Positions 12,656 through 24,001 of a DNA stretch of 64,000 nt are shown here, in pieces. A program made the translations under genes and the position numbers. Origin of the DNA: Antedon mediterranea (Eukaryota; Animalia; Echinodermata); assembly GCF_964355755.1 (NCBI RefSeq), contig NC_092670.1:28508388-28572387 (forward strand), read 5' to 3'. Under the pieces are notes generated by a model, which made no database searches, had not been told where the DNA came from, and saw nothing but the letters and a program-made list of their open reading frames with translations. Each line of letters begins with the position of its first letter. Positions within the stretch are counted from its first letter, which is position 1.

Positions 12656-13483
12656 ATGTTCCTACAAAGCCACCACCTACCACATCAAATGCCTATCTCA
12701 CCACCCCACATCTCACTATTCGTCTGCCACCTCTTTCGGACAGGTCTCAACCAAAATACCATAAGAACGTATCTAAGTGCCATTGCATTCATGCACAAAA
12801 TTACCAACAATCCAGACCCTACTAACATACCATTGTTAAATATTGTCACAAGAGGTGCCGGGAAGCTATACAACGTTGCCAGCCGCCGCCGACGCCTTTA
12901 CCCGGTTACCACTACCATAATGGAGAAGCTTCTCGCTCAACTCAAATTTATTAAGAGCAACGAATACGAAAGGAAACTGTATAAAGCTTTGTTCCTCACC
13001 TGTTACTACGCTTGTGCGAGGGCAAGTGAAATGGTACGGACCAATAATCCGGAACACGTCCTAAAACTTCGCGACATTACCATCTCACACGCTAAGGTCA
13101 CCTTCCAATTTAATTCCTTCAAACACCACAAGGGCGATTCCCAACATTTCAGCATTAACAAAAAAGGAAACAGCATGTTATGCCCGGTAAAAGCGTTACA
13201 GGATTACAATTCGATCAGGCCTACGACGCGGGGGCAATTTTTCATATTTCAAACCGGAGATCCACTACTTAGGAAGCATTTAAGCCACACGTTAAAAGAA
13301 GCCGCGTCACACGCCAACTTAGACCACACCCGGTACAACACACACTCGTTCAGAATCGGAAGGGCCACGCGACTTAGGGACCTGGGCGCAGACGAACAAG
13401 AAATTAAAGCTACCGGAAGATGGAAAAGCGACGCATATAAGCGATATATCCGACCCCACAGCATAAATCTTAGTAATGACTAA
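12656..13483 (+). CDS. Tyrosine recombinase (frame open from 12473, overlapping pol)
   Basis: Catalytic set ARASE (R), FKH (K), HSFRIGRAT (HxxR), GRWKS, AYKRYIR (Y); the in-frame upstream LIRASVTTGTRKSYNRAW is a typical YR N-terminus. Confidence 0.95.
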   Translation: MFLQSHHLPHQMPISPPHISLFVCHLFRTGLNQNTIRTYLSAIAFMHKITNNPDPTNIPLLNIVTRGAGKLYNVASRRRRLYPVTTTIMEKLLAQLKFIKSNEYERKLYKALFLTCYYACARASEMVRTNNPEHVLKLRDITISHAKVTFQFNSFKHHKGDSQHFSINKKGNSMLCPVKALQDYNSIRPTTRGQFFIFQTGDPLLRKHLSHTLKEAASHANLDHTRYNTHSFRIGRATRLRDLGADEQEIKATGRWKSDAYKRYIRPHSINLSND

Positions 13484-13867
13484 CAAAAATGTACATTTAC
13501 ATTATAACTCACTTACATCCATGCGACTATTTACGTTTTTTTTTTCTTCAGTATTGTTTATTGGCGATGTGTTAGTACAAATTTGCTCCCATAGCAGTGC
13601 ACGGTAGTGGAGCCCTCGGATTAGCCTGGGGTGGAAGGTGCTGATGCTCAACATACTGTCATGAAGTATCTGCGTATACTTTCACGGGGAGCATCGTTGT
13701 ATTAATGGTGATTTTTGTACCTATCAGTCTCTTTGGAGATTTTTCCAGGAAGTCCTGGTAGAACCATTTTCTATTTTTTATCTCAGTTTCATGTGAGTAA
13801 GTGAACATTCTTCCTTGTTTCCTGCACTTTGGTGGGCTGCTCTTGGCGGTGCCTTGGCAAATGCCGC

Positions 13868-14080
13868 GGGCTATTTTTCTCTGAGCATCCCTGTTGTGCT
13901 TACTTAGAATTGGTAAATTATTGCTATATATAACTTATATTTGCTTATGACTTTTATGTGCAGTTTTACATGGGCGAATGTTCATTTACTAATAAACTAT
14001 TTAAGCCAGAACTTATGTTGTATGCATCTTTATTTAGTATTCTATGAGTTTGTTAATCGCCGCCGTCTCCGAGTAGCAAA
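13868..14080 (+). repeat. Split direct repeat B1 (213 bp)
   Basis: GGGCTATTTTTCTCTGAGC...GAGTAGCAAA, identical by eye to 14234-14446. Confidence 0.95.
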
Positions 14081-14200
14081 AATTAAGAATTGGGTTAAGA
14101 ACACAATTCTATTTTGAGAACGGAGAGGGCGGGTTTTCGACCTCTTTAATCAAGCACGCTCTCTGTTAACACGATCACATTAAGTTAAAGAAAATTTTCT
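14081..14200 (+). repeat. Split direct repeat A2 (120 bp)
   Basis: Copy of 7368-7487 abutting B1 (B1/A2 reproduces the circle junction). Confidence 0.95.
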
Positions 14201-14233
14201 CTCCCTCCCGCCCAATATTTAGACACTTAATAA

Positions 14234-14446
14234 GGGCTATTTTTCTCTGAGCATCCCTGTTGTGCTTACTTAGAATTGGTAAATTATTGCTATATATAAC
14301 TTATATTTGCTTATGACTTTTATGTGCAGTTTTACATGGGCGAATGTTCATTTACTAATAAACTATTTAAGCCAGAACTTATGTTGTATGCATCTTTATT
14401 TAGTATTCTATGAGTTTGTTAATCGCCGCCGTCTCCGAGTAGCAAA
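14234..14446 (+). repeat. Split direct repeat B2 (213 bp)
   Basis: Copy of 13868-14080 at the element's 3' end. Confidence 0.95.
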
Positions 14447-14449
14447 ATT

Positions 14450-17321
14450 GCTTTTTTTTTCTTATTGAAAAAAAATATTTTTTTTGAAAATGAGATATTT
14501 TTTAGGGTTGTGAATGTCAGGTCTAAACAAATGGATCTTTTTTAAAATCAGAAACAAAGTTGCATGGCATTATTTTTAATTAATTGATCATTCATTTCAT
14601 ATAAATAGACTATTATCAGCTCCTCAGTCATCTACTGGTTTGTGGCGTAACGGATAATGCTCAGGTTTGAGTGCTCTCAGTAATGGGTTCGAAGCTCTAG
14701 GGATTTTTTTTTAAAATTGAAAATAAATATTGTTTTTGAAAGTGAGATATTTTGAGGGTTGTAAATATCAGGCCTAAACAAGTGGACCTTTTTAAAAATC
14801 AGAAACAAAGTTGCATGGCATTATTATTTGGTCATTGATTGATCATTAATTTCATATAAATAGACTATTATCAGCTCTTCATTTATCTACTGGTTTGTGG
14901 CGTAACGGGTAATACCCAGGTTTGAGTGCTCTCAGTAGCGGGTTCCAACCTCTAGGGATATTGGTTTTTTTTCTTATTGAAAATAATTTTTTTTTTTTTA
15001 AATGAGATATTTTTTAGGGTTGTGAATGTCAGGTCTAAACAAATGGATCTTTTTTAAAATCAGAAACAAAGTTGCATGGCATTATTTTTCATTGATTGAT
15101 CATTCATTTCATATAAATACACTATTATCAGCTCTACAGTCATATACTGGTTTGTGGCGTAACGGGTAATGCTCAGGTTTGAGTGCTCTGAGTAGTGGGT
15201 CGAACCTCTAGGGATATTTTTTTCTTTTTTTTTTAATTGAAAATAAATATGGTTTTTCAAAGTGAGATATTTTGAGGGTTGTAAATATCAGGCCTGAAAA
15301 AGTGGACCTTTTTTAAAATCAGAAACAAAGTTGCATGGCATTATTTTTCATTGATTGATCATTAATTTCATATAAATAGACTATTATCAGCTCTTCAGTT
15401 ATCTACTGGTTTGTGGCGTAACGGGTAATACCCAGGTTTGAGTGCTCCGAATAGCGGGTTCCAACCTCTAGGGATATTGCTTTTTTTTTTCTTATTGAAA
15501 ATAATATTTTTTTTTGAAAATGAGATATTTTTTAGGGTTGTGAATGTCAGGCCTAAACAAATGGATCTTTTTAAAAATCAGAAACAAAGTTGCATGGCAT
15601 TATTTTTCATTGATTGATCATTCATTTCATATATATAGACTATTATCAGCTCCTCAGTCATCTACTGGTTTGTGGCGTAACGGGTAATGCTCAGGTTTGA
15701 GTGCTCTCAGTAGTGGGTTCGAACCTATACGGGTTTTTTTTTCTTTTTTTTTTAAATTGAAAATAAATATGGTTTTTGAAAGTGAGATATTTTGAGGGTT
15801 GTAAATGTCAGGCTTAAACAAGTGGACCTTTTTTAAATTCAGAAACAAAGTTGCATTGCATTATTTTTCATTGATTGATCATTTATTTCATATATATAGA
15901 CTATTATCAGCTCCTCAGTCATATACTGGTTTGTGGCGTAACGGGTAATGCTCAGGCTTGGGTAATGCTCAGGCTTGAGTGCTCTCAGTAGTGGGTTTGA
16001 ACCTAAACGGGTATTTTTTTTCTTTTTTTTTTTATTTGAAAATAATATTGTTTTTGAAAGTGAGATATTTTTATGGTTTTAAATGTCAAGCCTAACCAAG
16101 TGGACCTTTTTTTAAATCAGAAACAAAGTTGCATAACATAATTTTACATTGCTGGATCATTCATTTCATATGAATAGACTATTATCAGCTCGTTCACTCA
16201 TCTACTGGTTGGTGGCGTAACCGGTAATGCTCAGGTTTGAGTGCTCTCATTAGTGGGTTCAAACCTCTAGGAATATTTTTTTTTTTCTTTTTTATTTGAA
16301 AATAAATATTGTTTTTGAAAGTGAGATATTTTTATGGTTTTAAATGTCAAGCCTAAACAAATGGATCTTTTTTTAAATAAGAAACAAAGTTGCATAACAT
16401 CATTTTACATTGATGGATCATTCATTTCATATAAATAGACTATTATCAGCTCTTCACTCATCTACTGGTTTGTGGCGTAACGGGTAATACCCAGGGTTGA
16501 GTGCTCTCAGTAGCCGGTTCCAACCTCTAGGGATATTGCTTTTTTTTCTTATTGAAAATAAATATTTTTTTTGAAAATGAGATATTTTGAGGGTTGCAAC
16601 TGTCAGGCCTAAACAAGTGAACATTTTTTAAAATCAGAAACAAAGCTACATGCCATTATTTTTCATTGATTGATCATCCATTCATTATAAAAAGACTATT
16701 ATCAGCTCTTCAGTCATCTACTGGTTTGTGGCGTAACGGGTAATACCCTGGTTTGAGTGCTCTAAGTAGCGGGTTCCAACCTCTATGGATATTGCTTTTT
16801 TTTTCTTATTGAAAATAACATTTTTTTTTTTGAAAATGAGATATTTTTTAGGGTTGTGAATGTCAGGTCTAAACAAATGGATCTTTTTTAAAATCAGAAA
16901 CAAAGTTGCATGGCATTATTTTTCATTGATTGATCATTCATTTCATATAAATAGACTATTATCAGCTCTTCAGTCATCTACTGGTTTGTGGCGTAAAGGG
17001 TAATGCTCAGGTTTGAGTGCTCTGAGTAGTGGGTTCGAACCTCTAGGGATATTTCTTTTCTTTTTTTTTAAATTTAAAATAAATATTTTTTTTAAAGTGA
17101 GATATTTTGAGGGTTTTAAATGTCAGGCCTAAACAAATGAACCTTTTTTTAAAATCAGAAACAAAGTTGAATGGCATTATTTTTTATTGACTGATCATTA
17201 ATTTCATATAAATAGACTATTATCAGCTCTTCAGTTATCTACTGGTTTGCGGCGTAACGGGTAATACCCAGGTTTGAGTGCTCTGAGTTGTGGGTCGAAC
17301 CTCTAGGGATATTTTTTTTCT
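14450..17321 (+). repeat. Satellite 2: ~255-260-bp tandem repeat with tRNA-like A box/B box cassette
   Basis: GGTTTGTGGCGTAACGGGTAATGCTCAGGTTTGAGTGCTCTCAGTAGTGGGTTCGAACCTCTAGGGAT + T-run recurs at ~14638, 14891, 15148, 15408, 15667 etc.; two subtypes (TGCTCAGG/GTTCGA vs TACCCAGG/GTTCCA). Confidence 0.95.
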
Positions 17322-18563
17322 TCAATCAATGAAAAATAATGCCATGCAACTTTGGTTCTGATTTTAAAAAAGGTTCACTTGTTTAGGCCTGACATTTACA
17401 ACCCTCAAAATATCTCACTTTCAAAAACAATATTTATTTTCAATTAAAAAAAAGAAAGGAAAAAAATATTCGTATAGGTTCGAACCCACTACTGCGAGAA
17501 CTCAAACCTGAGCACTACCGGTTACGCCACAAACCAGTAGATGAGTGAAGAGCTGATAATAGTCTATTTATATGAAATGAATGATCCATCAATGTAAAAT
17601 GATGTTATGCAACTTTGTTTCTGATTTAAAAAAAGGTCCACTTGGTTAGGCTTGACATTTAAAACCATAAAAATATCTCACTTTCAAAAACAATATTTAT
17701 TTTCAAATAAAAAAAAAGAAAAAAAAAATATTCATAGAGGTTTGAACCCACTACTGAGAGAACTCAAACCTGAGCATTACCGGTTACGCCACAAACCAGT
17801 AGGTGAGTGAAGAGCTGATAATAGTCTATTTATATGAAATGCTGAATAATCCATCAATGTAAAATGATGTTATGCAACTTTGTTTCTGATTTTAAAAAAG
17901 GTCCACTTGGTTAGGCTTGACATTTAAAACCATAAAAATATCTCACTTTCAAAAACAATATTTATTTTCAAATAAAAAAAAAAAAAAAAAATATCCCTAG
18001 AAGTTCGAACCCACTATTGAAATCACTCAAACCTGAGCATTACCCGTTACGCCGCAAACCAGTATATGACTGAAGAGCTGATAATAGTCTATTTATATGA
18101 AATGGATGATCAATCAATGAAAAATAATGCCATGCAACTTTGTTTCTGATTTTAAAAAAGGTTCATTTGTTTAGGCCTAACATTTACAACCCTCAAAATA
18201 TCTCACTTTCAAAAAAAATATTTATTTTCAATAAGAAAAAAAAGCAATATCCCTAGAGGTTGGAACCGCTACTGAGACCACTCAAACCTGGGTATTATCC
18301 GTTACGCCACAAACCAGTAGATAACTGAAGAGCTGATAATAGTCTATTTATATGAAATTAATGATCAATCAATGAAAAATAATGCCATGCAACTTTGTTT
18401 CTGATTTTAAAAAATGTTCATTTGTTTAGGCCTGACATTTACAACCCTCAAAATATCTCACTTTCAAAAAAAATATTTATTTTCAATTAAAAAAAAAAAA
18501 AAAAAAATATCCCTAGAGGCTCGACCCACTACTCAGAGCACTCAAACCTGAGCATTACCCGTT
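17322..18563 (-). repeat. Satellite 2, inverted orientation (~5 units)
   Basis: GGTTCGAACCCACTACT...TTACGCCACAAACCAGTAG is the reverse complement of the + units. Confidence 0.95.
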
Positions 18564-20772
18564 CCATTTTGTGATTTTCGAAAAAAAATTGTTAACATAA
18601 AAACACCAAAGTGCTTAGAATAACTTCAAATCGCATTTGGAGACGTTTTAGACCATTTTGTGATTTTTAAAAAAACTTGTTAACACAAAAACACCAAAGT
18701 GCCTAGAATAGCTTAAAATCGCATTTGGAGACGTTTTAGACCAATTTGTGATTTTCGAAATAACTTGTTAACATAAAAACACCAAAGGGCTAAGAATAGC
18801 TTGAAATCGCAATTGGAGACATTTTAGACCATTTTGTGATTTTTGAAAAAACTCGTTAACATAAAAACACCAAAGTGCTTAGAATTGCTTCAAATCGCAT
18901 TTGGAGACGTTTTAGACCATTTTGTGATTTTCTAAAAAAAGTTGTTAACATAAAAACATCAAAGTGCTTAAAGTCTCATTAGAAACCGTTTTAGACCATT
19001 TTGAGCATTTCGATAAAACTTTTCACACAAAAACATCAAAGAGCACAAAATAGCTTAATATCGTATTTAAAAACGTTTTTGACCATTTTGAGCATTTCGA
19101 CAAAAATTATTCACACAAAACAGCAAAGTGTACAGAATAGCTTCGAATCGCATTTGGAGACGTTTTAGACCCTTTTGTGATTTTCGAAAAAACTTGGTTA
19201 CACAAAAACACCAAAGTGCTTAAAATAGCTTCAAACCGCATTTGGAGACGTTTTAAACCATTTTGTGATTTTCGAAAAAAACTTGTTAACATAAAAATAC
19301 GAAAGTGGCTTAGAATAGCTTCAACTCGCATTTGGAGACGTTTTAGACCATTTTGTGATTTTCGAAAAAACTTGTTAACATTAAAACACAAATGTGGTTA
19401 GAATAGCTTCAAATCGCATTTTGAGACATTTTAGACCCTTTCGTGATTTTAACATAGAAACATCAAAGTGCTTAGAATAGCTTCAAATCGCATTTGGAGA
19501 CGTTTTAGACCATTTTCTGATTTTCGAAAAAAACTTGTTAAGATAAAACATCAAAGTGCTTAAAATCACATTAAAAACCGTTTTAGACCATTTTGAGCAT
19601 TTCGCTAAAACTTTTCACACAAAAACATCAAAGAGCACAAAATAGCTTAATATCGTATTTAAAAACTTTTTTGACCATTTTGAGCATTTCGACAAAAATT
19701 ATTCCCACAAAACAGCAAAGTGTACAGAATAGCTTCAAATTGCATTTGGAGACGTTTTAGACCATTTTGTGATTTTCGCAAAAAACTGGTTAACATAAAA
19801 ACACCAAAGTGCTAAGAATAGCTTCAAATCGCATTTGGAGACATTTTAGACCTTTTTGTGATTTTCGAAAAAAGTTGTTAACATAAAAACACCAAAGTGC
19901 TTAGAATAGCTTCAAATCGCATTTGGAGACGTTTTAGACCATTTTGTGATTTTCGAAAAAACTTGTTAACATAAAAACACCAAAGTGTTTAGAATAGCTT
20001 CAAATCGCATTTGGAGACGTTTTAGAGCATTTTGTGATTTTCGAAAAAACTTGTTAACATAAAAACACCAAAGTGCTTAAAATCACATTAGAAACCGTTT
20101 TAGACCATTTTGAGCATTTCGATAAAACATTTCACACAAAAAAATCAAAGAGCACAAAATAGCTTAATATCGTATTTAAAAACGTTTTTGACCATTTTGA
20201 GCATTTCGACAAAAATTATTCACACAAAACAGCAAAGTGTACAGAATAGCTTCAAATCGCATTTGGAGACGTTTTAGACCAATTTGTGATTTTCGAAAAA
20301 ACTTGTTAACATAAAAACACCAAATTGCTTAGAAATAGCTTAAAATCGCATTTGGAGACGTTTTACACCATTTTGTGATTTTCGAAAAAACTTGTTAACA
20401 TAAAAACACCAAAGTGCTTAGAATAGCTTAAAATCGCACTTGTAGACGTTTTAGACCATTTTGTGATTTTCGAAATAACTTTTTAACATAAAAACACCAA
20501 AGTGCTAAGAATAGCTTTAAATCGCAATTGGAGACGTTTTAGACCATTTTGTGATTTTCGAAAAAACTCGTTAACATAAAAACACCAAAGTGCTTAGAAT
20601 AGCTTGAAATCGCATTTGGAGACATTTTAGACCATTTTGTGATTTTCGAAAAAATTCGGTAACATAAAAACATCAAAGTGCTTAAAATCACATTAGAAAC
20701 CGTTTTAGACCATTTTGAGCATTTCGAAAAAACTTTTCACACAAAAACATCAAAGAGCACAAAATAGCTTAA
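18564..20772 (-). repeat. Satellite 1 (88 bp), inverted orientation
   Basis: GCTTCAAATCGCATTTGGAGACGTTTTAGACCATTTTGTGATTTTCGAAAAAACTTGTTAACATAAAAACACCAAAGTGCTTAGAATA repeats. Confidence 0.97.
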
Positions 20773-21726
20773 GAGTCATTGTCTGTAAAAATCAAAGATT
20801 TGGTGGCCACAGCTGTTTCAACTAGTGTTAAGGTATCAGAAAAAGTCAAGCGCCCTCAGTGTTAGCAGACGAGGCTCCCCCGAGTCCCGCGGACATATAA
20901 TTTTTGTTTACAAACCATTATTTCGCGAACGCCAAATTAAATTTCGCTATCGTCAGTTTTTATGTAGTAAAAACATTTTATACAAAACTAAACGATTAAA
21001 AAAAGTGTATGTTCAATTAAAAAATAAATATTTTATTGTTTCTTTACTATAAATTAATAAATAAACGAGGATATTGTCCATTTTACTGAAATACTCTCCC
21101 GCACATAAACCAGGAAGTTGAGATAAACTGTGTAATGAAATAGTAAACAATCGTAAGTAGAAAATATCATTGTATTCTTTACTTTATTTTTGGATATAAT
21201 TCATTTTTTTAGAAAAAGAACGAACTAGAATATAGTCCATCATTATTATATAAACAAAATAATACTAGTTTTGTTAATATAGCCTGGTTCAGTTTTTAGT
21301 AAAACTCGCATATTTTGCAACTCTTTTATACATTGTTATTGTTATCGGCGAGAAAACGGTTTGGCGATAGGCTTAGAAAGTGCGTTGACGCCCGCAATGA
21401 CCGTGACAGTAATGTGGGCCTAGAATGAAGCTAGGCCGAAACATAGAAAATTCGTAATTACCTTAATCCTAAATGTAATCATTATAACTGTTACCAAATA
21501 ATTAATGGCATGTGTTTATAATAATAATTATTGCTTTCCTGGTGCATTTTTAGGCTAGCTGGTGTGACTGAAGTGACAGTCACAGCCTAGGCTAGGCCTT
21601 AATAATATTAATACATTTTTACAGCATAATAATGGTTTAATATTTTGGCTATTAGCTCTCTTGTTTGGATTTGTTTGGACACAAAATTTGAAGTACTGTA
21701 GATTTAAAAATTGATTTATTTTTAAA

Positions 21727-22860
21727 GGAAAGTACAGTTGCATCTATTGTTTTTGTAATCAAGATGACATCAGAACCAACAATGTTCCTCAAGCCTGTAG
21801 ATATCTCAAGGCCTACAAGTCTTTTGTAGACCATGGCAGTGAAAAAAAGAAGCAAAACAATATCGCACAGCGTTGTTAGGCCATACCTGGTAGACATTGA
21901 ATTAAACAGGATAGGTAAATAATCATAACCACCTCTTTAGAAAGTTTAATACACACTCCAAACAATGAAATGTGTGTTTGTACTTCATATTAAAGAACAA
22001 TGTTAGTATAAAATAACTGTCGAAACAAACAATTGTTACAGTAATTTATAAATATACCTCTTTTCTTTATTAAATATTTCCTCAATCAACTATTTTTCCA
22101 GGTGTCAATATGCTATAATATTCAACATGCGACAGGATGCTGACATCTTGACTGGTAAATTCAAATGTTGTTTCAACTTTACATTGACATTACATAATAA
22201 CTCAATTGGTCAAGTTGCTCTTTAATATACATTGTCCCTTTGAGCATAGAATTTCAAAATTGTTTATCCTGTTTTTATGCATAATAAAGCAAACCTTTGG
22301 CTGGAACTTATTTTCCTATGAATTATCCATATCATTATCTGCTACAAGAAATAGTTGTTAACATTTTTTAAATATAATAATTTTGATGCTCATTTTTTAT
22401 GCAGATTGACGTTTATTTGGTTGACCAATATTGTTTAATCTCAGGTGATCATCTAGCAGAAAGAGAAAATCAGAAGCTGCAGCACATCGACATGCTACAA
22501 AGTACAATGATTAAAATCCAGTCTTTAGAAGAGAATCTTGAGCATTTAAGAAATGAACTCTCAGTGTCACTTGTGACAAAACAGCATAGTAAGATTGCAG
22601 AGACTGGCCACAGACTAAATCTAAAAGAACAAGAGGTCAAAGACTTGGTCAGTCCTACATTATACACCTTTCAAATTTTGTCTAAAACATGCAAATACTA
22701 TAAAAATTAATGCCATATTTCTTTTATATATTTTATATAGTGAACTACTATGAACCAAGAGATTTGAAACTGGACCTCTATGTACAAAAATGGACGAGGT
22801 ATTTAGAAAAAATTAATTCCTCGACAGCAGTACCATGGAAAAAGTTTTGTGGGAAATCAT
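21727..22860 (+). pseudogene. Spliced, degenerate transposase remnants (copy 1)
   Basis: Segments reading GKYSCIYCFCNQDDI...AKQ/SVVRPYLVDIELNR, a coiled coil DHLAERENQKLQ...EVKDL bounded by AG/GT, and FETGPLCTKMDEVF...IPRQQYHGKSFVGNH; frameshifts and stops. Confidence 0.7.
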
Positions 22861-23091
22861 GAAGTCACATCTGACGTTTATTTCACCTGAGATCCAGCAT
22901 GAAGTAACTAAGTGGAGAAAAGTTGAGGAATAGTTTGCTATTTCTCAGTTAATTGTTACAGTATTGCATATTATTATGTACAGTATACTGTATGAATGGT
23001 AGTATTTTTTTGTGTTATTGCTAGAACAATGATTTTGTAAATATTTAACAAATGGTATATGAATTGTAAATGAATTTAATTTATTGGAAGC

Positions 23092-24001
23092 TATTTTATT
23101 TTAATTTGGTTTATATATATTATTGATTGATAACGGAAATTGATGTTATTTAGTGATTTAGATTGTGATTGCATATATAATACAATACAAATATGAAAGA
23201 AATATGCATTTATAATTAAATATCTAATGTCACAGTACTCTATAGCTTCTTTCTATTAATATATTACAGATCTTTGACTAAGACATGCTAGGTAGGCTGC
23301 TAGTCTTTAACCTGCTGATGATGTAGCCTAGCATATATATAGTATAGGCCTAGCTAGGCTAGGCCTGTAACCTGGCCTACTCTGTACTCCTCTCTCCCAA
23401 TATGAATGATTATTAAAAAAGCTTAGGCCTAGGCTAGGCCTAATTTTTAATTAGGACCAGGAACAAGTAATTAATCAGCTTTATAACAGGTCAACTGTCA
23501 CTCAGGCCCCCGAATAGACATGTTGACGTGTTAAAAATAAACAGTTATTTTATTTTAATTTGGTTTATATATTAATAATTATTGATTGATAACGGAAATT
23601 GATGTTATTTACTGATTTAGATTGTGATTGCATATCAAAATAATAAATATACAATACAAATATGAAAGAAATATGCATTTATGATTAAATATCTAATGTC
23701 ACAGTACTCTATATCTTCTTTCTATTAATATATTACAGATCTTTGACTAAGACATGCTAGGTAGGCTGCTAGCCTTTAACCTGCTGATGATGTAGCCTAG
23801 CCTATTATATAGGCTACTAGGCTAGGCCTGTAGCCTGGCCTACTCTGTACTCCTCTCCCAATATGAATGATTATTAAAAAAGCTTAGGCCTAGACTAGGC
23901 CTAATTTTTAATTAGGACCAGGAACAAGTAATTAATCAGCTTTATAACAGGTCAACTGTCACTCAGGCCCTCCGAATAGTTTACGTGTTAAAAATAAACA
24001 G
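23092..24001 (+). repeat. ~454-bp internal tandem duplication inside Chapaev-like element (also ~41110-42020)
   Basis: TATTTTATTTTAATTTGGTTTATAT...GTGTTAAAAATAAACAG starts at ~23092 and ~23546; rich in TAGGCCTA/CTAG palindromes. Confidence 0.9.

Larger units (their letters stand above)
7368..14449 (+). mobile_element. Ngaro-type (DIRS order) tyrosine-recombinase retrotransposon, apparently intact
   Basis: Split direct repeats in A1-ORFs-B1-A2-B2 order; overlapping gag-like, RT/RNase H and YR ORFs; no methyltransferase domain after RNase H; no TSD, with a shared (A)ATT at both junctions. Confidence 0.93.

Noticed and set aside
14638-14705. Functional tRNA genes in satellite 2
   Set aside because: Only the D-arm/A box and B box are recognisable; acceptor, anticodon and T stems do not pair.
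19107-19401. Short ORFs in satellites 1 and 2 (also 15060-16903, 31094-31303)
   Set aside because: Chance open frames in tandem repeats with no protein motifs.
20808-20846. Calling the element ProtoRAG/Transib with a true 12/23 RSS pair
   Set aside because: TSD is 4 bp rather than 5, the right end has no nonamer, and no RAG2-like sequence is seen; only the weaker asymmetric-motif claim is kept.
22399-22710. Host coiled-coil gene (also 40417-40770)
   Set aside because: Lies inside the TIR/TSD-bounded transposon in both copies; the ORF runs through splice sites and is best read as a transposase exon.
23305-23345. Hammerhead ribozyme at CTGATGA
   Set aside because: No correctly placed GAAA core or helices.
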